Shown in pieces: positions 8,929 to 17,058 of a stretch of DNA of 22,868 nucleotides. The position numbers and the translations under genes were made by a program. The stretch is taken from IMG/VR virus record IMGVR_UViG_3300007177_000114. One strand, written 5' to 3'. The notes under the pieces were generated by a model. It saw nothing but the letters and a program-made list of their open reading frames with translations, had not been told where the DNA came from and did no database searches. The first letter of the stretch is position 1, and each line of letters begins with the position of its first letter. Origin of the DNA: a virus. Lineage: Duplodnaviria > Heunggongvirae > Uroviricota > Caudoviricetes.

Positions 8929-9021
8929 ATGCCATGGGCACACAAATCTAAATCTGGTAAAGGACGAAGAAAGATTGGATCTTCAAAACGAAAGAAGAGA
9001 AATCTTAATAGAAAGAAATAA
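8929..9021 (+). CDS. 30-aa very basic peptide (not in ORF track)
   Basis: AGGAG SD at 8916-8920, ATG 8929: MPWAHKSKSGKGRRKIGSSKRKKRNLNRKK; no acidic residues. Confidence 0.65.
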   Translation: MPWAHKSKSGKGRRKIGSSKRKKRNLNRKK

Positions 9022-9025
9022 TGTC

Positions 9026-9496
9026 ATGAACAAGTTCGACCTAGAAGAAGTCAGAAATTATATTTCATCATCTTCAAAAGAATCAAAAATCTATATTGGA
9101 GCAGATTCGGAACGTTTTAAGCATTCCGGCGTCTGGCATGCTGACTACTGTGTAGCAATTATCATTCACAAAGATGGTAAACATGGCTGCAAAGTATTTG
9201 GTGAGATTACAAGACAAAAAGATTTTGACGTTAAGGTCGGACGTCCTGCTCTACGACTTATGAATGAAGTATATCTAGTACATGATATGTACGAAAAACT
9301 TTCTGATGTAATTGGTGAACGTTATGTAGAACTTCACCTTGATATCAACCCATCAGAAAGATATGGCTCTTCCTGTGTAGTAAACCAAGCAATTGGCTAT
9401 ATTAGGGGAGCTTGCAATATAACACCGATGGTGAAGCCTCAAGCATTTGCAGCATCTATTTGTGCTGATAGGCTTAAGGAGCTTATTGCAGCTTAA
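9026..9496 (+). CDS. RNase H-like YkuK/DUF458 family protein
   Basis: IYIGADS, RLMNEV, ELHLDIN, VKPQAFAASICADR; start moved to M18 to avoid overlapping the basic peptide. Confidence 0.72.
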   Translation: MNKFDLEEVRNYISSSSKESKIYIGADSERFKHSGVWHADYCVAIIIHKDGKHGCKVFGEITRQKDFDVKVGRPALRLMNEVYLVHDMYEKLSDVIGERYVELHLDINPSERYGSSCVVNQAIGYIRGACNITPMVKPQAFAASICADRLKELIAA

Positions 9497-9523
9497 TTAA
9501 AATCACAAAAAGGAGTATAAACG

Positions 9524-9904
9524 GTGAGAAAACGCATGTTTGGTGTGTTTCTTGCTTTTGGATTATTGTTTTCTAATGTGTCCAATGCGCACGAGCACCC
9601 ACCAGCTGCGGTCAAAATCGTGAAGACTTATAAGGCAAAAGTTTCATGGTACAAACACGGCCGTAAGACCGCTAATGGAGAAGAGTTTAACCCAAACCGC
9701 TATACTGTAGCACACAAATCACTTCCATTTGGAACGCTTGTTAGGTTTACAAATTTGGAAACAAATGCAAGACTTATAGCAAGAGTAAATGATCGTGGTC
9801 CTTTTATTAAAGGTAGAGAATTTGATATTACCGTAAAATGTGCTATAGTTCTCGGGGTTAAGAAAACTGGTGTATCAACCTTAAAAGTAGAAATACTTGG
9901 ATGA
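9524..9904 (+). CDS. rlpA: RlpA-like lytic transglycosylase (double-psi beta-barrel) with signal peptide
   Basis: SWY...TANGE.F....TVAHKSLPFGT.V..TN......RVNDRGPF...R.FD; hydrophobic N-terminal leader; GTG start after AAGGAG. Confidence 0.85.
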   Translation: MRKRMFGVFLAFGLLFSNVSNAHEHPPAAVKIVKTYKAKVSWYKHGRKTANGEEFNPNRYTVAHKSLPFGTLVRFTNLETNARLIARVNDRGPFIKGREFDITVKCAIVLGVKKTGVSTLKVEILG

Positions 9905-10464
9905 TAATTATAAAGAAATGGCTCAATGAGCTTAAGGAGAAATTTATGGATGAAGCGACAAGAGCAAAACTAAGCGGATATCAGTGGTATACGGACGGCA
10001 CCACTGATATCCGAGTCCCAAAAGAAAATATTGAACAATTCCTTAAAGATAATCCAACACATCGTCGTGGTCGTGTTAATGTTTTTAGAAAGAAAGAAAA
10101 GCCTGTGGAACAAAAACCGTTTGATTATGAAGAAGAACTTGCACAACAGGGATTAGCACCAAAATGGGTGGAAGCAGATAAAGAAAATTTTGATGTTGTT
10201 ACAAATTCAGAACCCGGTTCAATATTTGTTGATAGTACGCAATATGCTAAACAACAATTAAAACTTCATCTTGTTGAGGGTGTGGTTCAAATGCGACCAA
10301 ACCAACCGGGTAGTGGCATGACACAATCTGATCAACGTCGAATTGTCTGGGCTGTAAATGGTTCTGAAGCTATTCAAAAGTTCTCAACATATTTTTCAAG
10401 TCTAAATACACCAACCGAAACTTATGTAGTTGTATTTGCATCTGTTTCTGAGGAAATCCGATAA
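9901..10464 (+). CDS. hypothetical protein with an N-terminal NUMOD-like segment
   Basis: 187-aa ORF, ATGA overlap; QWYTDG...HRRGR resembles endonuclease tail motifs. Confidence 0.6.
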   Translation: MIIIKKWLNELKEKFMDEATRAKLSGYQWYTDGTTDIRVPKENIEQFLKDNPTHRRGRVNVFRKKEKPVEQKPFDYEEELAQQGLAPKWVEADKENFDVVTNSEPGSIFVDSTQYAKQQLKLHLVEGVVQMRPNQPGSGMTQSDQRRIVWAVNGSEAIQKFSTYFSSLNTPTETYVVVFASVSEEIR

Positions 10465-10616
10465 TGGAGAATGTTTTTTTCAGTGATTTTGAAAGAATGA
10501 TTGCTGAAGAAATGCTAAATCAGAATCTTCATCCCTTAAATAAGGATGATATTCAAATATTTTGGAAAAATAAACTCCCAGAAGATACACAGGACATTTC
10601 ATTTTATGATAGTTGA
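10464..10616 (+). CDS. 50-aa hypothetical protein (not in ORF track)
   Basis: TAATG coupling; MENVFFSDFERMIAEEMLNQNLHPLNKDDIQIFWKNKLPEDTQDISFYDS fills the gap before the glutaredoxin. Confidence 0.6.
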   Translation: MENVFFSDFERMIAEEMLNQNLHPLNKDDIQIFWKNKLPEDTQDISFYDS

Positions 10617-10863
10617 ATTATATACAAAAGCTAATTGCAATTATTGTTCTTTGGCTAAACAAATTCTCCGTAATAATCAAATTCAGTATACAGAAAATAT
10701 GCTTGATAGAGATTTCACCAGAGAAACTCTAAAAGAAAAATTCCCCACAGCTGTAACTTTTCCTGTAATAGTCCTTGACGGATATTTCATTGGTGGTTAT
10801 AATCAGCTTAAGACCATTATTGAAGAAAAGAATAATAATTCTCAACGACTACTAACCGAATAG
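10606..10863 (+). CDS. nrdC: glutaredoxin (NrdC-like)
   Basis: CNYC active site, TFPVI, FIGGY; likely start M21 of the track ORF (MIVELYTK). Confidence 0.88.
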   Translation: MIVELYTKANCNYCSLAKQILRNNQIQYTENMLDRDFTRETLKEKFPTAVTFPVIVLDGYFIGGYNQLKTIIEEKNNNSQRLLTE

Positions 10864-10877
10864 TATAAGGATATATA

Positions 10878-11153
10878 ATGTTTACTCGTGATACTTTACT
10901 AAAAGATCTTCGTCATGGTGTTCTAGACGTCACCTTCACTAAGGTAAATGGTGATGAACGTAAAATGCGCTGCACCCTAGTTCCTGCTCTACTACCTGAA
11001 TCATATCGTAATAGTCTTGAAGAACAAGCAGGTGAAAAGACTTACCATCGAGATAATCCGGATATTATTGCATGTTGGGATCTTGAAAATAAGGGATGGC
11101 GTTCTTTTAGAATTGATTCCGTCATTTATACACAAGCTATTGATAGCTATTAA
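10878..11153 (+). CDS. conserved T4-like SH3/WYL_2 (DUF2693)-like protein
   Basis: VTFTKVNGDERKMRCTL ... WDLENKGWRSFR pattern. Confidence 0.6.
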   Translation: MFTRDTLLKDLRHGVLDVTFTKVNGDERKMRCTLVPALLPESYRNSLEEQAGEKTYHRDNPDIIACWDLENKGWRSFRIDSVIYTQAIDSY

Positions 11154-11165
11154 GGAAATAAAATA

Positions 11166-11546
11166 ATGAGTCAAGTAAATTACTGGGGTTACCATCTTCA
11201 TCTAGATGCAGCTGGATGTAACCCAGAAGCAATTAGATCTAGTCAGACTATCTATGATTTCACCAAGGAACTGGTACAGGCTATTGATATGGTTGCTTAT
11301 GGTGAACCACAAATTATCAATTTTGGTACTGAAGACAAGGCTGGTTATACTCTAATTCAGCTTATTGAAACTTCAAATATTTGCGCTCACTTTGTGGATG
11401 AATATAATCATGCTTATCTAGATGTATTCTCATGCAAAAACTTTGATCAAAAGGTAGTTAAGAAACTTGTAAAGAAGTACTTTGGCGCAAAGAAAATGAA
11501 AAAGACATTTATGACTCGTCAAGCACCAAAATTAAAGGGTGAATAA
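11166..11546 (+). CDS. speD: pyruvoyl-dependent S-adenosylmethionine decarboxylase family proenzyme
   Basis: WGYHLHLD, LIETSNICAH (self-cleavage Ser), AYLDVFSC. Confidence 0.85.
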   Translation: MSQVNYWGYHLHLDAAGCNPEAIRSSQTIYDFTKELVQAIDMVAYGEPQIINFGTEDKAGYTLIQLIETSNICAHFVDEYNHAYLDVFSCKNFDQKVVKKLVKKYFGAKKMKKTFMTRQAPKLKGE

Positions 11547-12550
11547 TGACAGCATTTGAAGAAAATGAAATTTCACTAAAAGCCAATGGTGGAACAGAAA
11601 TTGCTAAAAGAAAACTGGGATCAATAATAGATCCCACACTTCTAGAACATTTTCAAATTATTAGTTCTCGTCCGAGGGAACTTGATGAATCAAAAATAAG
11701 AGTTCTTTGGTTTCATGATTTACCAAACGAACCTGAAATTGCAAAATTGCGTGAATCAGCTTTTAGAGATAAGTTCCACAAATTTGTTTATATTTCAAAT
11801 TGGCAGATGGGCCAATTTCAATTATATCATGGTCTACCGTATGATGACAAATCTATTGTTCTAGAACATGGAATTGAACCAGCAGATCCACTAGCACGAT
11901 GGTCCCACGGTGATGATAAAATACGTCTAGTATACACATCTACACCACAACGAGGACTAGACATTCTAGTTGATGTTTTTGAATATCTAGCACAATCTGA
12001 TCCAGATATTCATTTAGATGTTTTCTCAAGTTTTAAAATTTATGGTTGGGATGAAACTGATAAACAGTTTGAACCACTGTATGATAGAATCAGAAATAAT
12101 CCTAGAATGACTTATCATGGATTTAAGCCAAATGATGAATTAAAACATCATCTGAATTCATGTGATATTTTTGCATATCCATCTACTTGGATGGAAACCA
12201 GTTGTAGAGCCATGCTTGAAGCTATGTCGGCACAATTGGTTTGTGTACATCCAAACTATGGTGCTCTACCAGATACTTCTGGCTCTTTAAACATAATGTA
12301 TCAAGGTTCTGCAAATAGATCGGAACATGCTACAACGTTTGCTGCCAATCTTAAAGGCGCAATACAATTTGTAAAAGATAAGAAGCACACTGATTATACT
12401 AGATTTAATAAGATCTATGTAGACAATAGATATAATTTAAATCGAATTAAAATTCAGTGGGAAAATATGTTAAAGCAGTTACTTGAAAAATATCCCACAC
12501 CAGAGAGTAGAAAATTTGCAAAAGAAACATTTGTTTATAAAACATCATGA
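11546..12550 (+). CDS. GT-B fold glycosyltransferase (GT4-like)
   Basis: GGTE N-terminal motif; YTSTPQRGL; DIFAYPSTWMETSCRAMLEAM (E-x7-E). Confidence 0.85.
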   Translation: MTAFEENEISLKANGGTEIAKRKLGSIIDPTLLEHFQIISSRPRELDESKIRVLWFHDLPNEPEIAKLRESAFRDKFHKFVYISNWQMGQFQLYHGLPYDDKSIVLEHGIEPADPLARWSHGDDKIRLVYTSTPQRGLDILVDVFEYLAQSDPDIHLDVFSSFKIYGWDETDKQFEPLYDRIRNNPRMTYHGFKPNDELKHHLNSCDIFAYPSTWMETSCRAMLEAMSAQLVCVHPNYGALPDTSGSLNIMYQGSANRSEHATTFAANLKGAIQFVKDKKHTDYTRFNKIYVDNRYNLNRIKIQWENMLKQLLEKYPTPESRKFAKETFVYKTS

Positions 12551-12561
12551 CTAAAAAAGAG

Positions 12562-12590
12562 TTGACAACCCCTCTAGTATATGGTATTAT
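12562..12590 (+). promoter_or_regulatory. sigma70-type promoter
   Basis: TTGACA, 17 nt ending TGG, TATTAT. Confidence 0.75.
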
Positions 12591-12595
12591 AAACT

Positions 12596-12979
12596 ATGAA
12601 TACTGCTAATAACGTCATCCTATTTCCATCTAAAAATAAGTATAATGGTCCACAGACTCTAGAAGAAGTTGATGAGTCCATGGATATGGTCAAGCAGTTT
12701 CATATTCAGGAAACTATTGAAACTATAGTGCCTTCATTGTTTGATCAACTTAATATTGCTGGTTTTATGCCAGATGAAGATGATGAGGAAGTACTAAAAC
12801 ATTCTGCTATGGTTGTAGAATCTATTAGATCTCTTCTCTGTATGATTAGAGGTATCAATCATCCTCTACAACTCATAGCAAATAACTTATTTGTTCAGAC
12901 TGACGACGGTTTAGCAGTTTCTGATAAAGTTAAAATCATCATAACTCCAAAAGAAGGAAAGGGCGAAAGCCCATTATAA
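12596..12979 (+). CDS. hypothetical protein
   Basis: 127-aa ORF directly behind the promoter. Confidence 0.7.
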   Translation: MNTANNVILFPSKNKYNGPQTLEEVDESMDMVKQFHIQETIETIVPSLFDQLNIAGFMPDEDDEEVLKHSAMVVESIRSLLCMIRGINHPLQLIANNLFVQTDDGLAVSDKVKIIITPKEGKGESPL

Positions 12980-12980
12980 A

Positions 12981-13841
12981 ATGCTCATTATTGATTTCTC
13001 TCAGGTGATGCTATCTAATATTATGGTGCAGCTTGGTAATCATACAAATGCACAAGTTGATGAAAATATGTGCCGTCATATGGTATTAAATTCAATCCGT
13101 ATGTATAAAACAAAATTTGGCGCTGAATACGGTAAAGTTGTGATTGCATGTGATGCTACCAACTATTGGCGTCGTACAACATTTCCCTATTATAAAGCAA
13201 ATCGTAAAAAGTCTCAAGCAGCATCCGAGTTGGATTGGAAGGCAATTTTTGAATGCCTCAATAAAATTCGTGATGAACTGGTTGAGTATTTTCCGTATTC
13301 TGTAGTGCGAGTTGATACTGCTGAGGCAGATGATATCATTGCAACTCTATGCAATGAATATGGAAATACATCAGAAAAAATTATGATTATTTCTGGTGAT
13401 AAAGATTTCCAGCAACTTCAGCGCTATATGAATGTGCGTCAATATAATCCTGTTCTCAAGAAGTTTATAGTCTGCAATGACCCTGATAAGTTCCTCAAAG
13501 AACATATTATCAAGGGTGATCCAGGTGATGGGATTCCTAATTTCCTATCTGCTGATAATTCATTTGTCCTTAATATTCGTCAAAAGCCAGTAACACAAAA
13601 GCGTCTAGATGAATATCTAAAGAAAACTCCCCATGAATTTTGTCAGTCTCTAGAACAACTACGCAATTATAAGCGTAATGAACAGCTAATTGATCTGTCC
13701 AAAATCCCACCAGAAGTCTCAACAAAAATTATGGAGACATATAGGGAACAGTCAGTAAAAGGATCTAATCCACAACTGATGAATTATTTTATTACCAATC
13801 GTCTAAAGAATTTAATGGAGCATATTAATGAATTCATTTAA
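12981..13841 (+). CDS. rnh: T4-type RNase H / 5'-3' flap exonuclease
   Basis: LIIDFSQ, EADDIIA, ISGDKDF, KGDPGDGIPN. Confidence 0.92.
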   Translation: MLIIDFSQVMLSNIMVQLGNHTNAQVDENMCRHMVLNSIRMYKTKFGAEYGKVVIACDATNYWRRTTFPYYKANRKKSQAASELDWKAIFECLNKIRDELVEYFPYSVVRVDTAEADDIIATLCNEYGNTSEKIMIISGDKDFQQLQRYMNVRQYNPVLKKFIVCNDPDKFLKEHIIKGDPGDGIPNFLSADNSFVLNIRQKPVTQKRLDEYLKKTPHEFCQSLEQLRNYKRNEQLIDLSKIPPEVSTKIMETYREQSVKGSNPQLMNYFITNRLKNLMEHINEFI

Positions 13842-13853
13842 TGGAGATACCAA

Positions 13854-14267
13854 GTGATTTTGGGTGTCTCTGAAATCCTGGAAAAAGCATCACAAATGAC
13901 AGATCGGAGAGAACGAATAGTATTTTTGCAAAAAAATAGTTCTGTTCCACTTCATACAGTTTTACAAGGTGCATTTGATCCTAGAATTAAGTGGTTATTA
14001 CCTGAAGGTGAACCGCCATATAAACCAAATGATCTTGTAGATCAACAACATGTATTTTTTTCAGAATGCAGAAAAATGTACTTATTTGTTGAGGGCGGCA
14101 ATAATGATTTAAAACCGCTACGCCGTGAGGCTTTATTTGTTCAAATGTTAGAAAGGGTTGATCCTAAAGATGCCAAACTCTTATTGGCAATAAAGGATAA
14201 ACACATGCCATATCCAGGAATTACTGAAGATGTTATTAGAGAGGCTTTCCCAGGTCTGCTACCATGA
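13854..14267 (+). CDS. conserved T4-like hypothetical protein
   Basis: GGAG SD, GTG start; LPEGEPPY and RREALFVQMLE patterns typical of the gene following rnh in T4-like phages. Confidence 0.7.
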   Translation: MILGVSEILEKASQMTDRRERIVFLQKNSSVPLHTVLQGAFDPRIKWLLPEGEPPYKPNDLVDQQHVFFSECRKMYLFVEGGNNDLKPLRREALFVQMLERVDPKDAKLLLAIKDKHMPYPGITEDVIREAFPGLLP

Positions 14268-14434
14268 GTAAAAGTAAGAAAAATATTCGTCGTGAATGGT
14301 ACGATGATGATGAAGATGATTTTGTTATGATTGAACGAGATAGGGAAAGAAGGAAGAATAAGAGACTTACTAATGCCCTTCGCTCTAAGAACATCGATGA
14401 TTTAATGCGTCTAGAAGACGACGAGGAAGATTAA
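14264..14434 (+). CDS. 56-aa highly charged hypothetical protein (not in ORF track)
   Basis: ATGA overlap; MSKSKKNIRREWYDDDEDDFVMIERDRERRKNKRLTNALRSKNIDDLMRLEDDEED exactly fills the gap. Confidence 0.65.
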   Translation: MSKSKKNIRREWYDDDEDDFVMIERDRERRKNKRLTNALRSKNIDDLMRLEDDEED

Positions 14435-14435
14435 A

Positions 14436-14684
14436 GTGCCAACATATTTGTTTAAAGATATAAATACTGAGGAAGAGTTCGAACTCTTCCTCTCAATTTC
14501 AGAAAGGGACAAGTATCTAAAAGATAACCCTAATATAACGCAACTTGTTCACGGTGCACCAAGTATAGGCGATCCAATTCGCCTGGGACTCCGTAAGCCC
14601 GATGATGGCTTCAGGGATCGACTAAGAGAAATAAAGAAGCATCATAGTCGTGGAATTACTCGGAGTTCAATAAACACATTTTAA
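14436..14684 (+). CDS. FmdB-like small protein (Cys-less)
   Basis: MPTY.F...........ISE....LKDNP pattern; GAGG SD, GTG start. Confidence 0.6.
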   Translation: MPTYLFKDINTEEEFELFLSISERDKYLKDNPNITQLVHGAPSIGDPIRLGLRKPDDGFRDRLREIKKHHSRGITRSSINTF

Positions 14685-14714
14685 GTGCACTCTGAACTTT
14701 ATAAAGGTTCACAT

Positions 14715-15452
14715 ATGTCAGCACCGCCTAATAAAAGATTATCTCGTAAAGAAAAAAGACAACTGAGAGATTCTAATCTCAGTGAAAAGATAAACTTCAA
14801 TTTACAAGAAGTAGTACCGCTTACTGAAAATCAAAAAATCACATTTAATGCATATAATAACGGTAAGCACTTAATGTTACATGGAATAGCAGGAACAGGT
14901 AAATCATATGTGTCGCTTTACCTGGCTTTAAACGAGATACTCAACGGCGATTCTCCATATAAAAAATTAGTAATAGTAAGATCAGTGGTTCCAACAAGAG
15001 ACATGGGATTTCTTCCAGGTAACACCAAAGAGAAATCCAAAGTCTATGAGGGACCATATTATGCTATCTGCACAGAACTTTTTGGTAGAGGTGATTCATA
15101 CGACTATTTAAAGCAAAAAAATATCATTGAATTTATTTCTACTTCTTTCATTAGAGGTATAACTCTAAATGATTGTATTATCGTTGTAGATGAAATGCAA
15201 AATGCATCACTACATGAATTAGATTCTATCATTACTAGAGTAGGAAAGAACTGTAAAATTATATTCTGTGGTGATTTCACACAAAGTGATTTTACAAATG
15301 AAAAAGAAAAAGCAGGTATCATTCAGTTCATGAAGATTATAAAAGCAATAAAAAGTTTTAGATTTGTTGAATTTAATAAAAATGATATTCTAAGGAGTGA
15401 CTTGGTTCGTGACTACATCATTGAAAAAGACAGACTTGGAATTACACCCTAA
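14715..15452 (+). CDS. phoH: PhoH family ATPase
   Basis: GIAGTGKS, GFLPG, FIRGITL, IIVVDEMQN, GDFTQSD, RSDLV; probable start M11 of the track ORF. Confidence 0.93.
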   Translation: MSAPPNKRLSRKEKRQLRDSNLSEKINFNLQEVVPLTENQKITFNAYNNGKHLMLHGIAGTGKSYVSLYLALNEILNGDSPYKKLVIVRSVVPTRDMGFLPGNTKEKSKVYEGPYYAICTELFGRGDSYDYLKQKNIIEFISTSFIRGITLNDCIIVVDEMQNASLHELDSIITRVGKNCKIIFCGDFTQSDFTNEKEKAGIIQFMKIIKAIKSFRFVEFNKNDILRSDLVRDYIIEKDRLGITP

Positions 15453-15675
15453 ATGGTATCCTATTGAAACTTATAATAGTCATGATCATGGTTTTGTAAT
15501 AGTATCCAATTATAATAAACGTTGGATTAGATTCGGTAGATTATATCCAGGTTTAAATCGTTGGTATTATTCAGGACATACTGGTTTTGCAGAGTATACA
15601 GAAGGACCTAATAGTGATATACCGACACATTGGGCTCCAATGATTAAAGGACCATGGGAATTAGATAATGTTTAA
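15397..15675 (+). CDS. hypothetical protein (DUF551-like THW ending); true start uncertain
   Basis: KWYPIET...PTHWAPM; overlaps phoH by 56 nt if the first ATG is used. Confidence 0.55.
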   Translation: MTWFVTTSLKKTDLELHPKWYPIETYNSHDHGFVIVSNYNKRWIRFGRLYPGLNRWYYSGHTGFAEYTEGPNSDIPTHWAPMIKGPWELDNV

Positions 15676-16306
15676 ACATATGCTATTAAGTCTAGCTCCA
15701 TTGGAAAGAGTGGAGCTAGACGGTGAAAGACGCTATAAAACACCTGATGGAATATTCCCATCGGTTACTACAGTTTTAGGACAAAAGACCGATAAGAGTG
15801 CTATTGAGCAATGGAAAGCTAGAGTTGGTAAGGAAGAAGCAGATAAAGTTTCTAGACAAGCCGCAACTAGAGGTACCGCTGTTCATTCTCTCTGTGAAGA
15901 ATATCTTATGAATAGAGAGATAGATGCTCGACGAGTCATGCCATCAAATATGATGACTTTTAAAACTATTAAACCAATTTTAGAAAAGAATATAGATTTG
16001 GTTTATGGTATTGAAGCTCCGTTATATTCCAAGAATCTTAAGACTGCTGGTACTTCAGACTTGCTTGCAAAGTTTAATGGCGTAAATTCCATAGTTGACT
16101 TTAAAACTTCAAAGAAAGAAAAAAAGGAAGAATGGATCTTAAACTATTTTCTACAAGCAACTGTATATTCTATTATGGCTGAAGAACTTACTGGTTTGGA
16201 TTTCCCACAGATTGTTATTATTATAGCAAATGATGATTATGAAGTCCAAACGTTTATAAAGAACCGAAATGACTATAAAGAAAGAGTTCTAGAACTTTTC
16301 AACTAA
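15668..16306 (+). CDS. PD-(D/E)XK exonuclease
   Basis: PSVTTVL, RGTAVH, IEAPLY, AGTSDL, IVDFKTS, YFLQATVY. Confidence 0.85.
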   Translation: MFKHMLLSLAPLERVELDGERRYKTPDGIFPSVTTVLGQKTDKSAIEQWKARVGKEEADKVSRQAATRGTAVHSLCEEYLMNREIDARRVMPSNMMTFKTIKPILEKNIDLVYGIEAPLYSKNLKTAGTSDLLAKFNGVNSIVDFKTSKKEKKEEWILNYFLQATVYSIMAEELTGLDFPQIVIIIANDDYEVQTFIKNRNDYKERVLELFN

Positions 16307-16338
16307 AAAGGGGAAGCAATGCTTCCCCTTACTTTTTT
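16305..16338. terminator. bidirectional intrinsic terminator between convergent blocks
   Basis: 10-bp stem AAGGGGAAGC/GCTTCCCCTT (16308-16330), A-run on the left and T-run on the right. Confidence 0.85.
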
Positions 16339-16775
16339 AGACTACGCTTTAAAGCTTGAAGTTCTTCTTTGGTAAGTTTATTCATAGCACTATTTAATAG
16401 CTTTTTTTCTTCCTGTGCTTCAGCTTTTTTAATTGCTTTTTGAGCTGCTTTTTGTCTTTTTCTTTCTTCAGCTTTATCTAGTTTAATCATTCTATCAATA
16501 TATTCTTGGTCAGTTTCATCTTCTTCCCAACTAAGAAATATATTCATCTCATCATAATAAAGATCTATAGTTAATGTGGCACCATGTTTAAGTTCTGAAA
16601 GATCATCTAAGGTATACGTACCACCATGTAGATCAAGATTACGAGATTTGAAAACTTTAATACGTGGTCTTTTTTGATAATTATCAACGATCAAATCTGT
16701 ATTTGATGTAGAAGTAGATGCTATACATCCACGGTCACGGCAATCCATACGATCACAATCTTTACATTCGTTCAT
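16329..16775 (-). CDS. hypothetical protein with Cys-rich N-terminus and K/E/A-rich helical tail
   Basis: 148-aa ORF; start lies in an ATGA overlap with the upstream mini-ORF. Confidence 0.7.
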   Translation of the reverse strand: MNECKDCDRMDCRDRGCIASTSTSNTDLIVDNYQKRPRIKVFKSRNLDLHGGTYTLDDLSELKHGATLTIDLYYDEMNIFLSWEEDETDQEYIDRMIKLDKAEERKRQKAAQKAIKKAEAQEEKKLLNSAMNKLTKEELQALKRSLKK

Positions 16776-16813
16776 AGTTTTTCTTTTCTAGTTTGATTTC
16801 CGACTTGATTCAT
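16772..16813 (-). CDS. 13-codon mini-ORF MNQVGNQTRKEKL (collapsed Q-repeat unit)
   Basis: ATGA overlaps at both ends; ends EKL-stop like the right-arm repeat genes. Confidence 0.5.
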   Translation of the reverse strand: MNQVGNQTRKEKL

Positions 16814-17001
16814 TTGTATCTTAATTCAATTTCTTGATCCCAGACTTGATCATAGACTTGATCATGGACTTGATTCCAGACTTGATCATGGGCTTGATTC
16901 CAGACTTGGTCCCAGATTTCTATATTGATCTGATCCCAAACTTGATTAAAAATTTGTTTTCGTATCTTTGTCCAAAGATACTGTCTAGATGGATTCATCA
17001 A
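16810..17001 (-). CDS. QVWD tetrapeptide-repeat mini-protein (left-arm copy)
   Basis: ...QIFNQVWDQINIEIWDQVWNQAHDQVWNQVHDQVYDQVWDQ...; same 12-nt CAAGTC-NNN-GAT/AAT unit as the right-end array. Confidence 0.7.
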   Translation of the reverse strand: MMNPSRQYLWTKIRKQIFNQVWDQINIEIWDQVWNQAHDQVWNQVHDQVYDQVWDQEIELRYK

Positions 17002-17030
17002 ATATTAACTTACTTCATATACAATTTTAT

Positions 17031-17058
17031 CTGAGGTTTGCTTCACACCAAACCTCAG
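17031..17058. terminator. 10-bp stem-loop at the end of the ATPase gene (no U-tract on the - strand)
   Basis: CTGAGGTTTG / CAAACCTCAG with 8-nt loop. Confidence 0.45.
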
